A stretch of 32,383 nt of DNA, taken from NCBI GenBank assembly GCA_032718475.1, contig JAUCBJ010005138.1, forward strand, positions 1 to 32,383, given 5' to 3'. The stretch comes from Nemertoderma westbladi. Its lineage: Eukaryota > Animalia > Xenacoelomorpha. The position numbers were made by a program, and so were the translations under genes. The notes under the pieces were generated by a model, which was not told the DNA's origin, searched no databases, and worked only from the letters and a program-made list of their open reading frames with translations. Within the stretch, counting starts at the first letter, position 1. Every line of letters begins with the position of its first letter. Shown in pieces: positions 1-11,530 of this stretch.

Positions 1-652
1 CCCATGGAGCCAGAATTTTCGATTTGCCTTAAAATTATATTTATAAGCGTTTTAAAAAAGTATCTTTTGCGAAATCGCACCGCCGTGCCGTATCGTGGCC
101 ATTCTTCGCATTAGTCGTAATTTTTTCATATCATTAAAAAGCTTGCCTTGCAAGGATTCCAAATATGTAACAATATCTGAATTTCGTTGAGAAACAGCTG
201 AGATATAGGCGTTCAAAGATTGCAAGAAGTATCCTTCCCGGCAGGCCATTTATTCTATTTAATAAATACACAATATTCTAGAACGTGGTTGTTTATTTTA
301 TGAGTTGGTGGGCAACAGCGGTAATGCCTATCCACTATATCTATTGCGTAGCTATTCATACTTAAACAAATTGTTCCAGAACATCGTGTATTTATTAGAT
401 AGTATATATGGCCTTCAGCGGACGATACTTCTTGCAATCTTTCAACGCCTATATCTCAGTTGTTTCTCAACGAAATTCAGATATAGTCACATATTTCGAA
501 TCCTTGCAACGCAAGCTTTCAAGTGATATGAAAAAATTACGACTAATGTGAAGAATGTCCACGATTCGGAGGGTGCGATTTCGCAAAAGACACTTTTTTT
601 AAAACGCTTATAAAAAAAATTTAATGGCAAAATCCAAAATTCCGGCTTCATG
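1..652. mobile_element. Long imperfect palindrome (foldback-type element), probably cut by the window edge
   Basis: Arm 1-~295 is the diverged reverse complement of ~365-652. Examples: ccatggagccagaattttcgatttgcc vs ggcaaaatccaaaattccggcttcatgg; tagtcgtaattttttcatatca vs tgatatgaaaaaattacgacta; aatttcgttgagaaaca vs tgtttctcaacgaaatt. Centre near 327. Confidence 0.8.
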
Positions 653-888
653 GAGTCATCGACGGTGAGTGGAACTAGTGGTGTTTCAAATTTCAAGCAA
701 TATGATAAAGATTTGTAAAAAAATTTGGGGGGGGCGGGTCCGTGTCATCAGAAAATGACACTATATTACGGGACATGGTGTATATATTACTGCAATTAGT
801 TGTGTTAGATATCGTTTAGAAACCCTCCCTAAAAACCCATTGCGGACATGATGCATTGTTATGCAAAGAGTAGGTCCGAAAACACAAA

Positions 889-3286
889 TATCACTGCAGT
901 AGTGTGCCTCCATTATCAGTGCAGTAGTGTGCCTCCACTAGGGGCCGTCCAAGTATGACGTCAGCACTTTAGGGGGGGGGGGGGTTGGGAAAATCTGATG
1001 ACGTGCTGATGAGGGGAGGGGAGGGGGTCAGCCAAAATCTGACGTCAGCATGTTCATTTATAGGTACTAGAAGAGTTATAGTTGAAGAATAAATAGCTTG
1101 CCTATTTTAATTGTTCGAAGCCCCCGAAGGCCCGTAGCACGACCTTCTGTTTCAGTTACCACTCACCATGTTTCAGTGATTAGGACGCGAAATTTTTTTT
1201 AATCTTATTTAGGGGAGGGAGGGGGGTCAACGCCTATCTGATGACATCTGATTTAGGGGAGGGAGGGGGTCAACATTTTGGGGAAAAGTGCAGACGTCAT
1301 ACTTGGACGGCCCCCTATCAGTGCAGTAGTGTGCCTCCACTATCACTGCATTAGTGTGCCTCAACTATCACTTCAGTTGTGTGCCTCCACTATCAGTGCA
1401 GTAGTGTGCCTCCACTTCCACTGCAGTAGTGTGCCCACACTTAGTGAAGTAGTGTGCCTCCACTATCACAGCAGTAGTGTGCCTCCACTATCAGTGCAGT
1501 AGTGTGCCTCCACTTCCACTGCAGTAGTGTGCCGACATTATCAGTGCAGTAGTGTGCCTCCATTATCACTGCAGTAGTGTGCCTCCACTTTCACTGCAGT
1601 AGTGTGCCTCCACTATCAGTGCAGTAGTGTGCCCCCACTATCAGTGCAATAGTGTGCCTCCACTATCACTGCAGTAGTGTACCTCAACGATCAGTGCAGT
1701 AGTGTGCCGACATTATCAGTGCAGTAGTGTGCCTCCATTATCACTGCAATAGTGTGCCTCCACTATCACTGCAGTAGTGTGCCTCCACTATCACTGCAGT
1801 AGTGTGCCTCAACGATCAGTGCAGTAGTGTGCCTCCATTATGAGTTCAGTAGTGTGCCCCCACTATCAGTGCAATAGTGTGCCTCCACTATCACTGCAGT
1901 AGTGTGCCCACACTATCAGTGCAGTAGTGTGCCCCCACTATCACTGCAGTAGTGTGCCCCCACTATCACTGCAGTAGTGTGCCCCCACTATCAGTGCAGT
2001 AGTGTGCCCCCACTATCAGTGCAATAGTGTGCCTCCACTATCACTGCAGTAGTGTGCCTCAACGATCAGTGCAGTAGTGTGCCTCCATTATCAGTTCAGT
2101 AGTGTGCCCCCACTATCAGTGCAATAGTGTGCCTCCACTATCACTGCAGTAGTGTGCCTCCACTATCAGTGCAGTAGTGTGCCTCCATTATCAGTTCAGT
2201 AGTGTGCCTCCACTATCAGTGCAATAGTGTGCCTCAACTATCAGTGCAGTAGTGTGCCTCCATTATCAGTGCAGTAGTGTGCCCCCACTATCACTGCAGT
2301 AGTGTGCCTCAACGATCAGTGCAGTAGTGTGCCTCCATTATCAGTTCAGTAGTGTGCCCCCACTATCAGTGCAATAGTGTGCCTCCACTATCACTGCAGT
2401 AGTGTGCCTCCACTATCAGTGCAGTAGTGTGCCTCCATTATCAGTGCAGTAGTGTGCCTCCATTATCAGTGCAGTAGTGTGCCCCCACTATCACTGCAGT
2501 AGTGTGCCTCAACTATCACTGCAGTAGTGTGCGTCCACTATCACTGCAGTAGTGTGCCTCAACGATCAGTGCAGTAGTGTGCCCCCACTATCACTGCAGT
2601 AGTGTGCCCCCACTATCAGTGCAGTAGTGTGCCCCCACTATCAGTGCAATAGTGTGCCTCCACTATCACTGCAGTAGTGTGCCTCAACGATCAGTGCAGT
2701 AGTGTGCCTCCATTATCAGTTCAGTAGTGTGCCCCCACTATCAGTGCAATAGTGTGCCTCCACTATCACTGCAGTAGTGTGCCTTCACTATCAGTGCAGT
2801 AGTGTGCCTCCATTATCAGTTCAGTAGTGTGCCTCCACTATCAGTGCAATAGTGTGCCTCAACGATCAGTGCAGTAGTGTGCCTCCACTATCACTGCAAT
2901 AGTGTGCCTCCACTATCAGTTCAGTAGTATGCTTCCACCATCAGTGCAGTAGTGTGCCCCAACACTATCAGTGCAGTAGTGTGCCCCCACACTATCACTG
3001 CAGTAGTGTGCCTCCACTATCACTGCAGTAGTGTGCCTCCACGATCACTACAGTAGAGTGCCTCCATTATCACTGCAGTAGTGTGCCTCCACTATCATTG
3101 CAGTAGTGTGCCTCCACTATCACTGCAGTAGTGTGCCTCAACTATCAGTGCAGTAGTGTGCCCCCACTATCACTACAGTAGTGTGCCTCCACTATCAGTG
3201 CAGTAGTGTGCCTCCACTATCAGTGCAGTAGTGTGCCTCCACTATCAGTGCAGTAGTGTGACTCCACTATTACTGATGTAGTGTGT
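889..3286. repeat. 25-bp tandem satellite, consensus CACTATCA(G/C)TGCAGTAGTGTGCCTC, roughly 80 copies
   Basis: Directly visible 25-bp periodicity with point variants; no unique spacers; interrupted at 941-1314. Confidence 0.97.
941..1314. mobile_element. MITE (374 bp) inserted in the satellite, 3-bp TSD CTA, PIF/Harbinger-like
   Basis: Perfect 22-bp TIR GGGGCCGTCCAAGTATGACGTC (941-962) / GACGTCATACTTGGACGGCCCC (1293-1314). CTA lies at 938-940 and 1315-1317, and removing the element plus one CTA restores the satellite unit gcctccactatcagtgc. The superfamily is inferred from the G-rich termini and 3-bp TSD. Confidence 0.88.
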
Positions 3287-3384
3287 GAATTCTTAGTACA
3301 CAATTGATTTACAGTTATTCACATATACATCTTGTTTAAGGACTTTAGTTCATCAATACCGAATCGAAATTATTTTTCCCTCAG

Positions 3385-3527
3385 ATGGACGCTAAATATG
3401 ACGTTGTAAAAGCTAAAGAAGCTGTAGTTTGGATGGAAGCAGTTACAGGCGAATCTCTAGAACAAAGTGATCCCATAGACCCACCAGATCTTAATGCGAA
3501 ACTTAAAAATGGCCAATATTTACTGAA
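3385..3527 (+). CDS. Transgelin-like gene, coding exon A (start of CH domain)
   Basis: ttttccctcag|ATG ... CTGAA|gtaagt; encodes MDAKYD...WMEAVTGE...LKNGQYLL. Confidence 0.9.
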
Positions 3528-6420
3528 GTAAGTCAAATTTGTATTGAATATTTACAGTAAAGTTAGTATTGTAGGCCTACCGGTATACTTACATATATCG
3601 GCCACACCATTAGGTGTGTACACTACCCGGTTAAAAAGGTACGCATGTGATGGGATTAGTCCTTGCGCCAATAAAAGATAAGTTATTTTCGGTAAAACCC
3701 CTAGATCCCTTCCTATAATAAATGTATAATAACAAACACCTCGAAAAACTCAGCTTGCCAACACACATTGTTACTATCAATAATAAAAATCAGGGGCTAA
3801 TAAAATGGCAGCTGGCTTTGAAATTAATACTCCATATCTCAAGAACCTGTGGCCTAGTGGTTGTTGATAATAATAACTTAGAAATAAAAAATAAATTTTA
3901 ACTAAATAAAATAAAATAACTTTTAAAAATAATAATTCCAATAAAAATTACGCGATTCCTAAATTTGTACACTACCCGGTTAAAAAAGTACGCATGTGAT
4001 GGGATTAGTCCTACAATTGCGCCAATAAAAGATAAGTTATTTTCGGTAAAATAAACTTATCATTCGAGGTTAAGACCCCTAGATCCCTTCCTATAAATGT
4101 TATAACACCATTAGGTAGGATTCATAGCCACTTACCAAAACACCTCAAAAGTTTGCGATCAGAATTTGTAAATTCCCAAAGCAGTACCTTTTGGTCATGG
4201 TTTGGTTATATAGGGGAGGGGGGGGGGGGGGGGGGGGGTCTCTTGGTTGACCTACCAATCAAAAGTAATATCTCTCTAACCTCCATTGGAAAATTGTTGC
4301 CAATAACAAACTGTTTTATTTGTAAACTGCGCAATTGACATTAATTTATTGTTTTGGTTAGAAACGTCAAGTTCAAAGGTAGCGGTGGCTGTCAAGACTA
4401 ATTAGTTGTTAATAAGGTAGCGGTGGCTGTCAATAAAGGTGAGAACGTCTTATGTTGGTGCTAGAGTATATCAGTACAACGTAATACAAGTAAATAGAAA
4501 CGGGAATTTGTTTCTATGAACATACATCACAACATATTCATTTATTTTATATATAACCTAACCTTTCCCGAAGATATATCCACCACTCTGACTTCTTGAC
4601 ATTGTATTCATATCATCATTGTCGGAGTCGCCATGGATTGAGAGGTTGTCCACATGGTCTAACATATTATTAATATCGGAGGTTGACTTTGAGTATTGAG
4701 ACGAGGTTCTACTTAAGGGTCTTGTATCGCGCTCCTGGTATCCATGGTAGTTGAATATGCCTCTACCACTGGTGGCGTTGGGCTCCTTCGTCTGCCTTTG
4801 ATATGAACCTGTTGCTATAGGAACCGGTGTCTCTGAATAGTTCTCCTTCCATCCGTTCGATTGTGTCTCGCTACTGGAGTCGTGCAACATTTCCTGGCTC
4901 CTAGCAACCAGTGAGTGTCTCCCGCGGTAAATGGAACCCATGTCGGACTATTCAGTTTCTACATGGCTAATGTGCCAATGTTTGTTAAAAACTACCTGAA
5001 ACAAATATATTCAAAAAGCGTTATTAACTTATGCATCAATTTCACTGTAGGCCTAACGTTAACTTAACCAACGTGGACGCATATGGAGTCTGTAAAGGGT
5101 CAAAATATAAATAAATAAAAGCATCTATGAAACAATAAAAATACATCCAAAAATTACTGCAGTAATAAATATTTGTTACTCGGCCACTTAGTTTGTATGC
5201 ACAGAAACGGTTTACATGCTTATATGCAAAAAAACGTATAATAAACAGGGAAGAAGTTAGTTGTTTTAATTAAGGCGGCGGTAAAATGCACATTTAATTG
5301 GATAGATTGTATTCTATATTATTATTACATTACATCATATTTAATTACACTAATTATGATTAATTTAGAGTCATCAACATTATAAACCCCGAAAAGAAAG
5401 TGAAAATTAATACAAAGAACACAGCGTTCCAAGAAAGGGAGAACATTGAGAACTTTAACAAAGCCATTGAGAAGTATGGAGTATCGCGTGCTGATGCGTT
5501 CCAGGTGGTTGACCTCTACGAAGCTACAAATAAATGGGCCGTCATATCTACTATACACGCGCTCGGCCGAGCTGTGAGTATCCACACTGGCGCCATCAAC
5601 TGTACTGATGTAGCCGGTGGCACAGGCGAAAATGCCCCCCCCTCGGGCATTTTCGCCTAGCGCCACAAGCCACCCAGATAATTTTCACCCCAGATTTCGA
5701 GAGTGGCGGTCCGAAACCCTAATTCAAAGTGAAATGGAGGCCCGAAACCCTAATTTAATCTGTTCGTGAAATATACTTTATGAAGGGGGGGGGGGGGGGG
5801 GGGCATTCCGCGCTGGGGGCGGATAAGCCTAGGACACCGGTAGGCACTATTATTAGCTTGTAAATTAAAAATTAAAAACTGTTAACTACATTTATAATAA
5901 TTTACACTGAGATGTTGTTATCTTAAACTTGATTTTATTTAATTTCATTTATTTTATTTTCCAGGCACAAAAGAATGGTTTTAATGGCCCTGTTCTGGGA
6001 CCCAAAGAGGCGACAGCACATGCTAGAGAATTCACAGACGAACAGTTAAAAGCAGGTATTATATATTAAACAGGTATAAATTGCCAGAGGTTTTTCTCTT
6101 TTTTAAAATGTGATTGTACAGTATGGTGAACTGCATACAACCATATCATAATCCATATTTCGGATGACAGGTACCGGTGAAATCAGACTTTACCAAAAAA
6201 AAGTCACGCACTATCAATGTGCACAAACGTACTTTTACGTCCCAAATTGTAAGTCTTTAATATTGTAATCACGTAATTCTTAATTACGGGTGGATTAGCA
6301 TGATGTGTTTCTGTCGCAGGTCAAACAGTGATAGGGTTGCAGGCGGGGACCAATCAGGGTGCATCGCAGGCTGGGATGAGCATGGGAAAAAGGAGGATGC
6401 CGACAACAGACCAGAAATAA
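3385..6420 (+). CDS. Transgelin/myophilin/calponin-family protein (one CH domain plus one calponin repeat), about 179 aa; exons 3385-3527, 5369-5573, 5965-6055, 6320-6420
   Basis: All introns are GT-AG and phases are consistent (2,0,1). Translation MDAKYDVVKAKEAVVWMEAVTGE...LKNGQYLLKVINIINP...FQERENIENF...YGV...FQVVDLYE...[23 protein letters not shown]...[36 protein letters not shown] matches family hallmarks. The ATG follows a CAG acceptor directly, so a further 5' exon probably exists upstream. Confidence 0.93.
3617..4098 (+). repeat. Direct duplication of a ~110-130 bp segment (copies at ~3617-3717 and ~3966-4098)
   Basis: Both copies share tgtacactacccggttaaaaa..gtacgcatgtgatgggattagtcct..tgcgccaataaaagataagttattttcggtaaaa..cccctagatcccttcctataa, with indels between them. 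Confidence 0.85.
4558..4941 (-). CDS. Nested antisense orphan ORF/exon, 127 aa, Ser/Thr/Asp-rich, probably disordered
   Basis: GC-richer than the flanking intron. Upstream acceptor tttgtttcag at ~4996; in-frame TAG just upstream of a strong-context ATG (gacATGG). It ends either at TAG 4558 with AATAAA at 4546-4541, or at a donor AAG|gttagg at 4563. Confidence 0.6.
   Translation of the reverse strand: MGSIYRGRHSLVARSQEMLHDSSSETQSNGWKENYSETPVPIATGSYQRQTKEPNATSGRGIFNYHGYQERDTRPLSRTSSQYSKSTSDINNMLDHVDNLSIHGDSDNDDMNTMSRSQSGGYIFGKG
5369..5573 (+). CDS. Transgelin-like gene, coding exon B (rest of CH domain)
   Basis: atttag|A ... GCT|gtgagt; encodes ENIENFNKAIEKYGV...FQVVDLYE. Confidence 0.92.
5614..5840. 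mobile_element. Small MITE-like insertion
   Basis: Imperfect TIR CCGGTGGCACAGGC / GCCTAGGACACCGG flanked by TAG on both sides; internal repeat ccgaaaccctaatt twice and a poly-G tract. Confidence 0.6.
5965..6055 (+). CDS. Transgelin-like gene, coding exon C
   Basis: ttttccag|GCA ... GCAG|gtatt; encodes [30 protein letters not shown]. Confidence 0.92.
6320..6420 (+). CDS. Transgelin-like gene, terminal exon (calponin repeat)
   Basis: tcgcag|GT ... TAA; encodes the calponin repeat [16 protein letters not shown]. Confidence 0.92.
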
Positions 6421-6939
6421 CCGATAAAATGCCGACAATATAGTGAGAATATATGCCAACGCATTGATAGACCTTTAGTCTTCTTTGTTTCTCAGTTTCA
6501 ACGGATGATGTCGACAGACTTCTTATGAATTAAATTGATCCTAATATTATTAAGTATTTTGAGTATTATTTTTGCATGTTGTGTAATGTGTACCTCTAGA
6601 AATAGCAGGAGACCGCTTTGAATATTGTTAACCGCTTCTTCTTCTATCTATAAAAGCCTATATCATTCATTGTTATCGCAATATAAATAATATAATGTAA
6701 ATCAATTTGCCGTTGTGTTTCATTTACTTTCATTATGGCGCCACGTTCAAAGAAACATAAAATTTTCTCTGTCTATGCCAAATACACATTTGCAGACAAA
6801 ATCGTAGGCAGATTTTATAAACCTAAGAACCAGTTAACCAGTTATAAAAGTATTGTGGATTGATTTGTCACTAAGTACCAGAAAGCTTATTGTTTGTTAG
6901 CGGCGCTTGCGACGATATGTAAGCCAAGCTTAGCATACG

Positions 6940-7110
6940 GGTGCCGTTGATTCAACCGCTGTCTGTCAGTCGGTCTGTCTATCTGACAGTCGGAAAATTT
7001 TTGAAGGCTAATAACTAAAGTCAATCTTTGATGAAATGAAACCAAATTTGGTACAAATGTAGGTAGGCTGGGGAAAGTCTGAAGTATAATTTGCGTGGGG
7101 GACAGTTCTC
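6940..7110 (+). repeat. Dispersed repeat with (CTGT)n-like tract and aaaccaaa(t/c)ttggtac core; related copies at ~14145-14295 and ~22350-22470
   Basis: The three loci share ctgtctgtc-like tracts followed by (c)aaa(t/c)ttggtac(a/t)(a/c)atgtag; two also share aatttgcgtg. This resembles the DINE-1/Helentron-type non-autonomous architecture (inference). Confidence 0.6.
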
Positions 7111-7604
7111 TAGTCTCCCGCTAGAGGGAGATTAAGGATCGGTTGAAATATTAGTATCCGTACAAACAACAAGCTTATACTTCTTTGAAAACGAATAAGC
7201 TTGCTTCCTTGCTTACTTCTTGTAGAACAGTACAACTCGTAAATCACTAAAATGCAATGCAGTATGCCTCGATAATATGGTTTCCACGCAACCATTTAAC
7301 AATTTAATAATTGATTTAAGAGTTATCACGGGAAAGCTGACAGCCTAGTGGCATATTTACGAAAGTAGGTCCTTTGGGAAATGAATGAAATGCATCTCAA
7401 ACTAGTCAAGAATCATCTATTTAGTACATTGCTAAAAATATAACATTTTGTTTTTAAAAGAATATAGGCTATATATATATGTCATAAGCCATACATACAT
7501 AAATAATATATTACGTTAGAGGAATGTCACTCAATGGCTCACCACCATGTTTCAAACAATACCATACGCACACACAGTCTGATCTCAGTTCTACGCAACG
7601 CACA

Positions 7605-7750
7605 TAGGGTGGGGGGGGGGGGGGGGGACTTTCGACGCATTTAAAATTATCCCCCTCCAAGGGAAATCGAAGCACATTACAGCTGATTACTCTGAAAAAT
7701 AAAACTGTAGCCTGTTCTATTAATTGACACTCGTTTATTGTTTTGTTTAG
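7605..7750. repeat. Poly-G-containing dispersed repeat; inverted homolog at ~20985-21110
   Basis: ctgattactctgaaaaataaaactgtagcctgttctatt is the reverse complement of aatagaagaggttacagttttatttttgagagtaatcag; both copies lie near a long G/C homopolymer. Confidence 0.7.
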
Positions 7751-10700
7751 AATAACAAACAAGCCACTGTAACCTCTGTTATGTTCATTTGGTATTAATT
7801 CACAGCATTCAAAAGATAGTGAAAAAAACAAGGTACATATGTATTAAAATTACCGAAATTTAAAGTAATATTAATGTAACTTAAATTTACAGTTATAATT
7901 TTAATAAGTGAATTGAATTGAGGTGCACATATTATACTCATACGGACTGATAGTTAGTTAGTTTCTCTGGCATTCTTTTCAAAAAAAATTCGAAATCAGC
8001 TTTTAAATATTCCAGGGAAAAACAATTAGACTTATTTCCTAAAGAAAGGTTAGGGACTATGATGTTACTATACTAACACTAACATGCACTCTAATGTAAC
8101 TTACACACTATTCTTATTAGGTAGGTATGAATCAGCAGGCCACAATCAATCAGTTACTAACCGTTCTTTTGTGAATCAAATAATATTTTTATATTTCCTC
8201 TTTGGTAATAGAAACTAACTTTTTTTACTTTACCCAATAAAAACATGAACAATTTACAATATTATAATAAACAAATTATTTACAAGTCACGTAAAAAACT
8301 AGGCCTTAGCAGGTTACTCTTACTGTAAATGTTTAACCTTCACCTTCAATACCGGTAACATAATTTAGTTTAAATGTGAAAATGATTCGATGCTAAAGAA
8401 GTAATTATAATGTTAGGCAAAAAATCAATACAATTTACTATTGGATCCCTAAGAGTAGAAAACGATCAATTCGTTATTGTTACATATTATTATTTAGGTA
8501 AATAATTTAGTCCGCCCCTATTAATTCGTAGTTCCCAGGCTGTTGATTGGGCCAGAATTAGTGCACACTCAAACTGCACTCACATTGGGTATCATCAGTG
8601 TTGTTGCATCAAGTTTATCCATTCAACAGCTTGACATTCTTTGTTACTAGGGAAACTAGCAGCTGACGCGAATATGGATGTACAAGGAAGCGGTTTGCCC
8701 AGGGAGGGTTGTTGGAATAAGGTGGCTGGTGAAACAGTAGTGGCTAGCTGCTAGAAGGCAATCATTCACACTGCATTACCATTGGTTCGCTGTCATGGCA
8801 ATACTATGCTACTGATTTGGAGGTATTTGGTTCTTTCTTCTACTGACTCATTGCCTTAGCATGTGTAAAATTTCCTTGTTTTTTTTATTGCGAAATAAAA
8901 TCGCCTAAAAATGTTTTTTTGTTTTTGTCTATTAATTAAATTTAAATCAATTGGATTTATTTATGTTTGTAGTCAAGCAGTATGTGTTCATTGTTAGTTG
9001 TGTCCAGTGCAAAAAATAATACGGATTGTGGACCGCAGGTTACAGCGTAAAGGAGGATTTGTGAAATTGTTACCCATAATGACAATAACCTAATTTCCTA
9101 CCCGTTTGTTAAGTTAACTGTTATTAGCGACAAAATGAAGATCCAATAATTATCGATTGCACTATTGTTATATTTAGAATGCAATTCGGCGTTTTATGGA
9201 GCAACAAACGCTATGAAGATACGGTACCCATTGTAACGATACCATTGCATCTCACTCTACGTCCCATTGGTAAAACCAAGCATGTCCCTGTAGAAACAAC
9301 TTCCTAGGGTGTCAACATCTGCAGTAACTCGTCTTATAATAGCAGTCCTCTGGGATCAACTAACCACAAGAGGACATATTACTTTCACCGGGTAGTCCAG
9401 GAAACCGGCCTAGAGAGAGCGAGAGTGTGCGATCAGTCAACCCAGTAGTACCGTTTTAAGGGGGGAGGTTGCGGGGGTTGTAGTCCGTGGCCCTGGACCA
9501 ACAGCGGACCTGTCAAATTATTAACTTTCGTTATGTGCTTAATGCGCTTACAAACGAATTTGCGGTCGCGCTTGTTACATATTCACTAATATCAGTCTAC
9601 ATTGTGTGCTGTACTTGTTTCCAATATAATTTTGAAACCCCGCACCCACCACATTCATCTCCCCATTGAGTATATTGATAGATCGCAATGAAAGGGGGGA
9701 TTTGAGCGGCTCTAAAAAAGTCACATCCCGCCCTCCCGCGGTCCAAAATACCTTAATCCTTGACTGAGTCAACTTTATGTTTATCAGGCAGTTGTGATGC
9801 CAGCATTGTTCTCAGCAATATAGTTAGTGCCGTTGCTGATGACACATTTTAAAAGTACAACCCGACTTACAGTATGTACGAGTCTACAGTATCTATGTAT
9901 TATATTTTAAGATGTTTTCATTAGGCCTTCATAGCTTCAGTTATTTTATTTGTTTTAAGTGTTGTTGTTATCAAACCACCGACCACCACAGCGCTTGTAG
10001 TATAATTGTATTCCTTAATTATTTGTTACAGTTAATATTATAACGTGGCCCTTTATATTGTGTTTCACTGTGAATGAGTTTAGTGGAAACATATAAGAGC
10101 CGGTTTATATTTGTAGTAATGATGATGATTTGGCAGGATTTTGATCCGTAGCTAAACTAAAGTTAATAGCTTTCAATAAGTCAGCCATTATAAACGATCT
10201 ATTGATAGGCTATTGTTTTGGCTAGCTACACAAGGTAAACTACAAATTCCCGTTATTGAATAAGGCCAAATTCCTTATCATTTACATTTCATTAGAGTGA
10301 AATATTAATGTTTATTTAAATGGTCTATCCCAATAATATATTGTAGCTTTACACACACACACATCTACACATAATTACTGTAGTTCAAAATTCCTTAATC
10401 CTCACGATCATAGGCAATTCATTATAGTTACTTATTAAATAAACATTTTTACCACGAGATTTTCGGTGTACAACTACGACACCACGAATATATTGTAATG
10501 TATATGTATGAATGTATCTTATGTAATATATGCATACTCTAGTGTTGTTGACATTACCGTTTTTGTATACGTTATTGATTGATACCACAATGTCTTTCGA
10601 CTGTCGGCTCCTCTGCATGACATTACTGACATCACTGTTGGCTCCTCTTCATTGTTATTCCTGACACTTGGATTCCCCTAAAATCGATGAAACCCTACAG

Positions 10701-10989
10701 TTTGTTGAACTTGGAGTTGAATGTTTCACTGTGCTATACCGACCGATCTACAGTGGTAGAGAACATCTGCCTGATGACTTATCATCCATCCATCCTGTGT
10801 CATCCACTGTGCTCAAATATATTCATACTGGCGACGTTTTGTTAAACAGAAACATCTGGATCTTCTATAAGCCTGTGTGTGTTGATGGGGTACTTCCTGA
10901 GGAGATCCTGACACTTAGACGTATTGGTTTTACAAATTGAGATACAGACCCATATGAAATGCCTTCATAAAGAGGTGTCCTTCAAGGTT

Positions 10990-11530
10990 GAAGCTCAAAG
11001 CCAAAGCTTTGACCTTCAAGCTCAAAGTATGGTATGCTTGAGCATGTGGACGACTTCTGTTACCTTGGATCATGGATCCCGAAGTCAGGTGAGGACCTTC
11101 GAATACGTAAGGGGAAAGCATGGGCTGGGCTGCCTTGAATAGGCCTTCCATGATTTGGAAGTCAAGTAGAATTAATCGAAAACTTAAGGTCCGATTATTT
11201 AGAGCAGCAGTAGTTCCAGTACTCCTCTATGGGAGTCCATGCTGGGCTCTAACTGCTGAGGACACCAAATCTCTGGATAGCACATTCACACGAATGCTAC
11301 GCCGGGTTCACTGTGTCAAGTACAATGCACACATCTCCAACCAGACACTATATAACATTGGATGTGTCTCATTGGTTCCCCCAGGCTTGACACTAGAACA
11401 AAGCCGCCTCCGCTTTGCAGGACATTGCTTTCGCCATGAGGACCATCCAGTGCATAATATTGTGCTTTGGTGGCGTCATGGAGTGAATAAGCATGGTGGA
11501 CAGCCCATGTGGCTACAGCCACCCACTTGA
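10990..11530 (+). mobile_element. Degenerate RTE-clade LINE 3' fragment (RT thumb/C-terminus)
   Basis: Encodes HVDDFCYLGSW, then in another frame LKVRLFRAAVVPVLLYGSPCWALT...TRMLRR...SRLRFAGHCFR, motifs typical of the non-LTR RTE ORF end; frameshifted. Confidence 0.85.

Noticed and set aside
650-670. ATGGAGTCATCGACG|gtgagt as the first exon of the transgelin gene
   Set aside because: Phase-compatible, but it lies at the arm of the palindromic repeat and does not resemble the family N-terminus.
1278-1502. 74-aa Cys/His-rich ORF
   Set aside because: Translation artefact of the 25-bp satellite and the MITE end.
889-3286. CRISPR-like array (short palindromic repeats)
   Set aside because: Units are head-to-tail with no unique spacers, there are no cas genes, and the context is eukaryotic.
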